This document shows, in pieces, positions 57,618-64,000 of a stretch of 64,000 nt of DNA. The position numbers and the translations under genes were made by a program. The notes beneath the pieces were generated by a model. That model did not search any database, was not told where the DNA came from, and saw nothing but the letters and a program-made list of their open reading frames with translations. Positions within the stretch are counted from its first letter, which is position 1. Each line of letters starts with the position of its first letter. The DNA comes from Gammaproteobacteria bacterium (lineage in GTDB: Bacteria > Pseudomonadota > Gammaproteobacteria > Arenicellales > JAJDZL01), in NCBI GenBank assembly GCA_047517965.1, contig JAKZRU010000015.1:10982-74981 (forward strand), given 5' to 3'.

Positions 57618-60600
57618 CTATTGCGACGGGATAACTTCCCGCCGTTCTCCGCTTTCGACAACGGTAATCAGTTCACCATCTCGGTAAACTAGATAATTTG
57701 TAGATAGTGTTGCCACCCTGGCATCCTGAGAAAAAATACCAGTCAGGTTTAATGGGTCTGATGAGTGTACGGTCAAGGCCTTGTTATCCCGTTTTCGATT
57801 TCTTGTGTCTCGCAGTAATTCAATTGCCTGAGGCAGTGCAAACTGCTCGCCTGCTACCTCACTGACAAACCGTCCACCTCGAACTTCTCCTCGATCTTCC
57901 ATACGACGGAGTGTACGGACCAGCTCACTCCAAGCAGGAAAGAATTTCCCTTCCTTTATCAGTAGTGCACGAAAAACAATGCCATATCGTCTCAAAAGTA
58001 CTTTTGCAACGTAACTGTTGATGTCTTCTGTAGAAAGACTGTCTGCTGAAGACCGGGCTGAATTCGCCAACAAAGACCAGCGTCCGGAAATTTGTACGCT
58101 GCGATTGTTCACGCGTCGCATCCTGGATATTTTTCTACGATGACTTTCTGGCTTCAGCAATGCCCGAATTCCGCCATAGTGGTCGCAAGTTACAATGCCC
58201 TGAGCAAACAGTTCCACTAACCCCTCTTCTACATGGCTAGGTAGTTGGTTGATTTCTTCCAAAATTTCATCAAAGAACATTGGCCCAAGATCGCACAGCG
58301 CCTCAGAAATTTGAGAACCTGCTGCTGAAAGTCCAATTTCCTTTGGTTCTCTTTCCGCTGCCAGCGCTCTCCAGATGGACAAGCGATTGCGTCTCAGAAA
58401 TGTAAGTGGAACTGTTTTTATCGAACTGCGAAATCTGTGTTTGCGATTCTTTGATTTTGCATTGCTAGCAGGCGGCTCCGGTTTAGACAGCCGACACCAC
58501 ATAACCCGACCTGATGCGCTCAGATAATCTAGTAGTTCCGGTGTGTATCCGAACACTCTAGCTGGTAAAACATCTGATTCCCACACAGCAGCCGATGATT
58601 CATATCCCTCCATTTGCTCGAGAATGGCATCAAGTGCATCAGCACCTTCCCCCATGGTTTCGGAATTCAATCGAAACCATCGTGTCAAATATCGGATAAA
58701 TTGAATTTTATCAACCGGTTTAACCTCTTTCCTTAACCCAGCAATGGTTTGTTTGTGAATACGTGCGAGAAATCGGCGATCACACCATTCTGTTTCAGTA
58801 CCAATCCCCGTAAAATTTCCACGCATCGCGCTGCCTTCGACTTCAAGAGCACGTAATGCTGATTCCGTCGAATCGGCTAACAAATCAGCCGAGGCTGCGA
58901 TTTGATTCGACGTGCAAGGACCAATCACTTCTAGTCTGCTTCGAAGAATAGAAATCGCAGAATGTTCAAAATTGTCAAATTTCTTCTGGATGAGTGTCGC
59001 TGGTTCAATTTTGGGCGAAATGCTTGAGTCTGGGTGAAGAAGTAACATTTCCTGCAGTCGCTCCGCAGCCACCCACAAACTTACACCGTTGGCAGTGATA
59101 AGATTCGTGGCACGTCGCGTCTGAGTCAATTGTTCAAAAAACTGTTGCCAATGATTTAACTCTGAGGCAAAAAGAGTCTCCTCGACCCTTGGCTTCGCTT
59201 CATCAACTCGTATGAATCCCAGATGCACGAGTGCATCATGAAGTTCTTCGGCATCTCTAGGATTCGGCCATGCCTGATTTTGAAGTAGTTTGATAACTCC
59301 TAGGTCAAGTCGCCCTATTTCATTCGCATCTGAAATTTCAAATAGCCGTCGAGATTGCACAGCGAGCGTGCGTCTCTCCTCAGCGGGTGCGTCATCAAGA
59401 AACGCATAGGGTTTTGCTGTGATCACTTCGTGCGCCAGCGGAGATGGTTCCGGCAAATCCCTGCATACTATTGAAATCTCCTTCTTCTCAATGCGCTCTA
59501 GAATTTCTTCCAAGCCATCTACATCCATGACTTCGTGCAGACAGTCGGATATCGCCTGCTGAACTAATGGGTGATCTGGAATTTCAATCGGTCCGGTAAT
59601 ATTCTCCTGACAGGCAACCTGATCTGGAAATACCAAAGACAGCAAATCTTCCGAATCATTGCGCTGAAAAGGAGGTGGGACTTTTTTACCGTTTCGAAAC
59701 CGAAGAACAGCGAGTGCAGCATTGGCAACCCAACGCCAGCGCGTTGCAAACATTGGAGCCCCCAACAGGGCTTGAACAAGAGTGGTGCGTACATTTGAAC
59801 TTTTGATGTAGCTTTGAACCTCATCTAGTGCGAAACTGTGTGTGGGACCGAGCGAAAGAACAAAATTGTCTTCCAGTGCTGCAGCCTGAAGCTCAAAATT
59901 GAAGCGAACACAAAACCGCTTACGAAGTGCCAGTCCCCAAGCGCGATTCAATCGCGACCCGAATATACTGTGAACCACAAGATGAGTGTCACCAGTCTCA
60001 TCGAAAAAACGCTCAAAGACAATATTGCGATTGTCCGGCAATACACCCAGCGCATGTTTGGCGGCTGCTAAATACTCGACAATTTGCATGGCAATGAAGT
60101 GGTCCGCCTGATAATCCTGACCAAACCGTTCCGCAGCTTTCGACAATTCCTGTCCATCCAGATTGGCAGAGACGTACTGGCGTAAATCTGATACCGCTTT
60201 ACTCAAAACAGGACTGCGACCTCTGCCCTCCCCGAGCCAGAACGGTATGTTAGGAGGTTGACCTTGTGCATCCTCAACACGAACATAACCTTTCTCTACC
60301 CGACGAATTCGATAGGATGCGTTACCCAGCTGAAAGATATCGCCTGCGAGGCTTTCAAAGGCAAAGTCTTCATTCACAGTGCCAATTCGAATGTCATCAG
60401 GTTCCAGAATGACATCGTAGTCGAACAGGTCTGGAATTGCTCCAGCATTGGTTGCAGCAACAATTCTTGCTCCTCTTCGCCCTCGGATTACCTTGTTTAC
60501 CGCGTCCAAGTGAATGTAGGCACCTCGTCGTCCACGCCTTAAAGTGAATCCTTCGCAGAGCATCTGCAAAATGGAATGAAATTGTCCCTTCTGTAAATTC

Positions 60601-61931
60601 CTGTATGGGTAAGCCCCTCGGAAACTGTCAAATAGGTTATCAATCTCACAGTCGCCTACACATGATTCAGCAACAATCTGCTGAGCCAGCACATCTAGCG
60701 ATTCACCACAAATTTGGAGGCTCTCCAGTTCTCCACCATTGATAGCCTTCAACAGTGCGGCTGACTCAACCAGTTCATCTCGAGTGGTTGGAAAAATTCT
60801 CCCTTTCGGTGTTTTTCCAACCGAGTGCCCGGAACGTCCGATTCTCTGTAGAAACACTGTAATTGATCGCGGTGAACAAATTTGACATACCAGATCGACA
60901 TCTCCAATATCGATGCCCAATTCCAGCGATGCCGTTGCTACAAGTGCGCGAAGCGACCCAGACTTGAGCCGCTGCTCGGCGTCATGTCGATGTTCCTTTG
61001 ACAGGCTGCCGTGATGTGAACCCACATTTTCTTCACCAATCAACTCGGCCAAGTACCTCGTTGCACGTTCAGCATGGCGCCTGGTATTCACGAATATCAG
61101 CGTAGTTCGATGGTCCTGAATCAAGTTTGCAATTTTCCGATAAATATCCTGCCACGATTCCGTAGACATCACTGCTTCAAGTGGTGCAGCAGGTATTTCA
61201 ATGGCGAGGTCCCACTCTCGAACATGACCGGTATCAACAATTGAACAGCCATGAGGCTGTTTGCCTGTAAGGTAGGATGCAATAAGCTCAACCGGTTTCT
61301 GTGTCGCAGACAGTCCGATTTTCTTTGGGATTCTCTGCACAAGCCTTTCAAGTCTTGCGACAGACAAACTGAAATGTGCGCCTCTTTTATTTCCTGCAAG
61401 CGCATGAATTTCGTCCACGATTAGTCGGCGCACAGACCGAAGCATGCGTCTGCCAGATTCGGAAGTCAGTAACAGATAGAAAGATTCCGGCGTTGTTACT
61501 AGTATGTGAGGTGGATTGCGTGCCATTTTCTGCCGTTCTGACTGGGTAGTGTCGCCGGTTCGGACAGCAGTTCTAATGTGAACGTCAGGATAGCCTGCAT
61601 CAACAAGCCGTTGCCGTATTCCCTGCAATGGGGCTTCCAAGTTGCGTTCAATATCATATGACAATGCCTTCAAAGGCGATACATAGAGGATATAAGTCTC
61701 AGCAGCAAGTTCGCCCTGAGAAATTCCGGTCTGCACAAGTTCGTCGATTGCCGCCAGAAAAGCAGCCAGTGTTTTTCCGGATCCAGTCGGTGCTGCAACC
61801 AGGACATCATTTCGCTTCTGAATAGCTTCCCATGCCTGCTTCTGGCATTCGGTAGCATCTTGATATGTGTCGTCAAACCATGCTTGCACTACCGAATGGA
61901 ATTTCCAGAATATTGTTGTGGATTCAGTCAT
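57618..61931 (-). CDS. lhr: Lhr-family ATP-dependent DEAD/DEAH helicase
   Basis: APTGSGKT, TTPES, DEIH, GLSAT, SLELGID, QRIGRSGH, long C-terminal region with LRRYG and RGGRFV..GEQFA. Confidence 0.9.
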   Translation of the reverse strand: MTESTTIFWKFHSVVQAWFDDTYQDATECQKQAWEAIQKRNDVLVAAPTGSGKTLAAFLAAIDELVQTGISQGELAAETYILYVSPLKALSYDIERNLEAPLQGIRQRLVDAGYPDVHIRTAVRTGDTTQSERQKMARNPPHILVTTPESFYLLLTSESGRRMLRSVRRLIVDEIHALAGNKRGAHFSLSVARLERLVQRIPKKIGLSATQKPVELIASYLTGKQPHGCSIVDTGHVREWDLAIEIPAAPLEAVMSTESWQDIYRKIANLIQDHRTTLIFVNTRRHAERATRYLAELIGEENVGSHHGSLSKEHRHDAEQRLKSGSLRALVATASLELGIDIGDVDLVCQICSPRSITVFLQRIGRSGHSVGKTPKGRIFPTTRDELVESAALLKAINGGELESLQICGESLDVLAQQIVAESCVGDCEIDNLFDSFRGAYPYRNLQKGQFHSILQMLCEGFTLRRGRRGAYIHLDAVNKVIRGRRGARIVAATNAGAIPDLFDYDVILEPDDIRIGTVNEDFAFESLAGDIFQLGNASYRIRRVEKGYVRVEDAQGQPPNIPFWLGEGRGRSPVLSKAVSDLRQYVSANLDGQELSKAAERFGQDYQADHFIAMQIVEYLAAAKHALGVLPDNRNIVFERFFDETGDTHLVVHSIFGSRLNRAWGLALRKRFCVRFNFELQAAALEDNFVLSLGPTHSFALDEVQSYIKSSNVRTTLVQALLGAPMFATRWRWVANAALAVLRFRNGKKVPPPFQRNDSEDLLSLVFPDQVACQENITGPIEIPDHPLVQQAISDCLHEVMDVDGLEEILERIEKKEISIVCRDLPEPSPLAHEVITAKPYAFLDDAPAEERRTLAVQSRRLFEISDANEIGRLDLGVIKLLQNQAWPNPRDAEELHDALVHLGFIRVDEAKPRVEETLFASELNHWQQFFEQLTQTRRATNLITANGVSLWVAAERLQEMLLLHPDSSISPKIEPATLIQKKFDNFEHSAISILRSRLEVIGPCTSNQIAASADLLADSTESALRALEVEGSAMRGNFTGIGTETEWCDRRFLARIHKQTIAGLRKEVKPVDKIQFIRYLTRWFRLNSETMGEGADALDAILEQMEGYESSAAVWESDVLPARVFGYTPELLDYLSASGRVMWCRLSKPEPPASNAKSKNRKHRFRSSIKTVPLTFLRRNRLSIWRALAAEREPKEIGLSAAGSQISEALCDLGPMFFDEILEEINQLPSHVEEGLVELFAQGIVTCDHYGGIRALLKPESHRRKISRMRRVNNRSVQISGRWSLLANSARSSADSLSTEDINSYVAKVLLRRYGIVFRALLIKEGKFFPAWSELVRTLRRMEDRGEVRGGRFVSEVAGEQFALPQAIELLRDTRNRKRDNKALTVHSSDPLNLTGIFSQDARVATLSTNYLVYRDGELITVVESGERREVIPSQ

Positions 61932-62486
61932 GGAAAATGGTTTCGCTTACAGAATAAACTTTCGAAATGCTGGGACAGACTAGCAGAAATCATGTCTGTT
62001 TATGTTACCAATTCAAGTGAGTAATGTTGTGAATCGTAGCGATCATTCATTAGTTCAACTGGATAAAAATTTCAGGTTCCGACCTGTTATCAGACAGCAG
62101 CAAATTGAGGAGATTAAATTGACTATTTTTGAAATAATTTTCCAAAAAACCACATCAAAACACTTAGGACTAGTTGCATGTCAAATATAATTTCCCTTAC
62201 TCGCAACTCTGCATTTTGAAATGGAATTCATCTTACTGCAGTCAACGGAAATTTGTGGCCCAGCTAAATCGGTAGACCTAAATATTTGCCTCGGCTATAG
62301 TTCGCCTGCTAAACCTAAAATCCGATCTGTAACGTGTATTATCTTCGAATCTGATCGTCGATCGCAATGCAAAGAATTTCGATTCAATATTGGTCAAAAT
62401 GAGCTCGATTTAGATCGGCGAATTCTGAATGGCAAAACAATAATCACCCCTGATTCACTGTAATCCACTACATCCGGATTAATCAT

Positions 62487-63743
62487 TTGATTCGTACATT
62501 AATTTCAATTTCTTCCCTGCTGATTGGTTATGCATTCTTTCTGTCAGGGAACGCTATGCTTACAACACTGCTTTCACTTCGTGCACAGATAGAGAATTTT
62601 CACCTTATACAGATAGGAATAATTAATGCCACTTATTTTCTAGGACTCTATGCGGGTGCGAAATTCACTGATCGACTAGTTTCTCGAGTCGGTCATGGTC
62701 GTGCATATGCGATTTTTGCGAGTATCGGTTCAATCTGTGCCTTGCTCCATGCTCTGTTGTTGAATCCTTATATGTGGATGGTCATTCGATTAGGTACAGG
62801 ATTCTGTATTGCCGGACTTTTTATGGTCACCGAAAGTTGGCTTAATTCGAGGGCAACAAGGACAACTCGAGGGCAGATTCTTTCCATGTATATGATTACT
62901 CACTATTTAGCAGCTGGAATCGGTCAATTGTTTATCCCATTTGCAGACCCAGAAGGACTAAAACTTTTTGTAATCGCTGCAATCGGATTTTCATTGTCTC
63001 TAATTCCAGTCTTAGTTACGAGATTGATTGCGCCTCCTATACCATCACGACAGAAGTTCAATATTAGAGAAATTTACAGCTATTCGCCTGTCGCGATGAC
63101 AGGTGCGTTATGTTGCGGATTGATCGGTTCCGCACTTTATGGGCTTGCTCCGGTATATACGAAAGGAATTGGAATGTCTTACGAGACTACAGCTCATTTT
63201 ATGGCTCTTGTAATATTTAGTGGAGTACTCCTGCAATGGCCGATTGGTCGTTTATCCGACCGAATTGATCGAAGAAAACTAATGGCAATCAGCTGCTTTA
63301 TCAGCGGATTGCTGGCAATTGCTGTACTGGTTAGCGCTCAAGCGCACATTCTGATTTTCCTGACAGCTGCAGCATTGTTCGGAGCGTTTTCGTTTACTGT
63401 TTATCCGCTCGCTCTTGCACACATGAACGATGCTACACCTGAAGGCAAACTACTGTACGCCGCTGGTGGAATGCTGACTGCATTCAGCGTAGGCGCAATC
63501 GTGAGCCCGATTATTGCCACTACAGCGATGGAATTAATCGGCTATAACGCCCTGTTTATGTATTTTGCACTGATTTTTGTAATGTACGCCTTGGTTGTAT
63601 TCTGGCGCATGAAAGTCAGTCCAGCTCCAGAAAGGAAAAAATTCAGGCGGTTTTTTCGACCAAAAGGTTCAAACAATAATTTGGGGAAAGTACGTGATGC
63701 AATGGATAGGGACATCGCACGGGTCGCTAGCAACCGACACTGA
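62487..63743 (+). CDS. MFS transporter (YcaD-like)
   Basis: About 12 TM segments, RVGH.R, ESWLN, RGQILS.Y, QWPIGRLSDRIDRR. Confidence 0.9.
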   Translation: MIRTLISISSLLIGYAFFLSGNAMLTTLLSLRAQIENFHLIQIGIINATYFLGLYAGAKFTDRLVSRVGHGRAYAIFASIGSICALLHALLLNPYMWMVIRLGTGFCIAGLFMVTESWLNSRATRTTRGQILSMYMITHYLAAGIGQLFIPFADPEGLKLFVIAAIGFSLSLIPVLVTRLIAPPIPSRQKFNIREIYSYSPVAMTGALCCGLIGSALYGLAPVYTKGIGMSYETTAHFMALVIFSGVLLQWPIGRLSDRIDRRKLMAISCFISGLLAIAVLVSAQAHILIFLTAAALFGAFSFTVYPLALAHMNDATPEGKLLYAAGGMLTAFSVGAIVSPIIATTAMELIGYNALFMYFALIFVMYALVVFWRMKVSPAPERKKFRRFFRPKGSNNNLGKVRDAMDRDIARVASNRH

Positions 63744-64000
63744 CAACCAGTTCGTCAGCACCTCTTAAGTTGTTGAATTACAGATTTCAAAGCTGACTAA
63801 TTGCCCGCTGAAGAACCGTCCAGTTCGCGACCTTCTGAATGCGCAATTTCGCGTCATGCGTTCCACGTGAACAATTCACTCTTACACTATTCCCATTTTC
63901 TTCTCATGTAGATTACTTTTGATTAATGATTTACTATAGACATTACTCATAAGTATCTGATGGGGTATTGTAAATCTCCATCACAAGTAATGATGTCTGG

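Noticed and set aside
1-64000. CRISPR array, tRNA, rRNA, prophage or defence genes
   Set aside because: No regularly spaced direct repeats, RNA-gene motifs or cas/phage/restriction proteins were recognised by eye; short RNAs could be missed without a covariance search

Overview
Gene-dense bacterial chromosome segment, most consistent with a marine Gammaproteobacterium (E. coli-type GshA, BirA, RmuC, Lhr and a Sat of the sulfur-oxidiser type). A host-associated lifestyle is possible but is only inference. An AT-richer housekeeping backbone (birA, CDF/ZIP, ispG, ilvD, Gld-like ABC module, gshA, ghrA, FKBP, sat, DAHP synthase, dipeptide-type ABC, EF-G paralogue, puuE plus alc-allA fusion, rmuC, yjgN/M48, two cytochromes c, lhr, MFS) is interrupted by three visibly GC-richer catabolic/transport blocks. 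These are an SRPBCC/quinone-reductase/hydrolase operon (1-4.2 kb), a RpiR/IolC-linked LIV-type ABC operon (34.9-45.8 kb) bounded by IS21 and IS1595 scars, and a polyamine-type ABC operon (51.4-55.6 kb). The most unusual features are: a third, intact mini ABC ATPase in the LIV operon that lacks the helical subdomain and LSGGQ signature; an allantoicase-ureidoglycolate lyase fusion; a Planctomycete-like ispG/ilvD pair; an orphan dissimilatory-type sat; and an FAH gene reduced by an in-frame deletion. No rRNA, tRNA or CRISPR array was seen. All family assignments come from motif recognition, not database searches.
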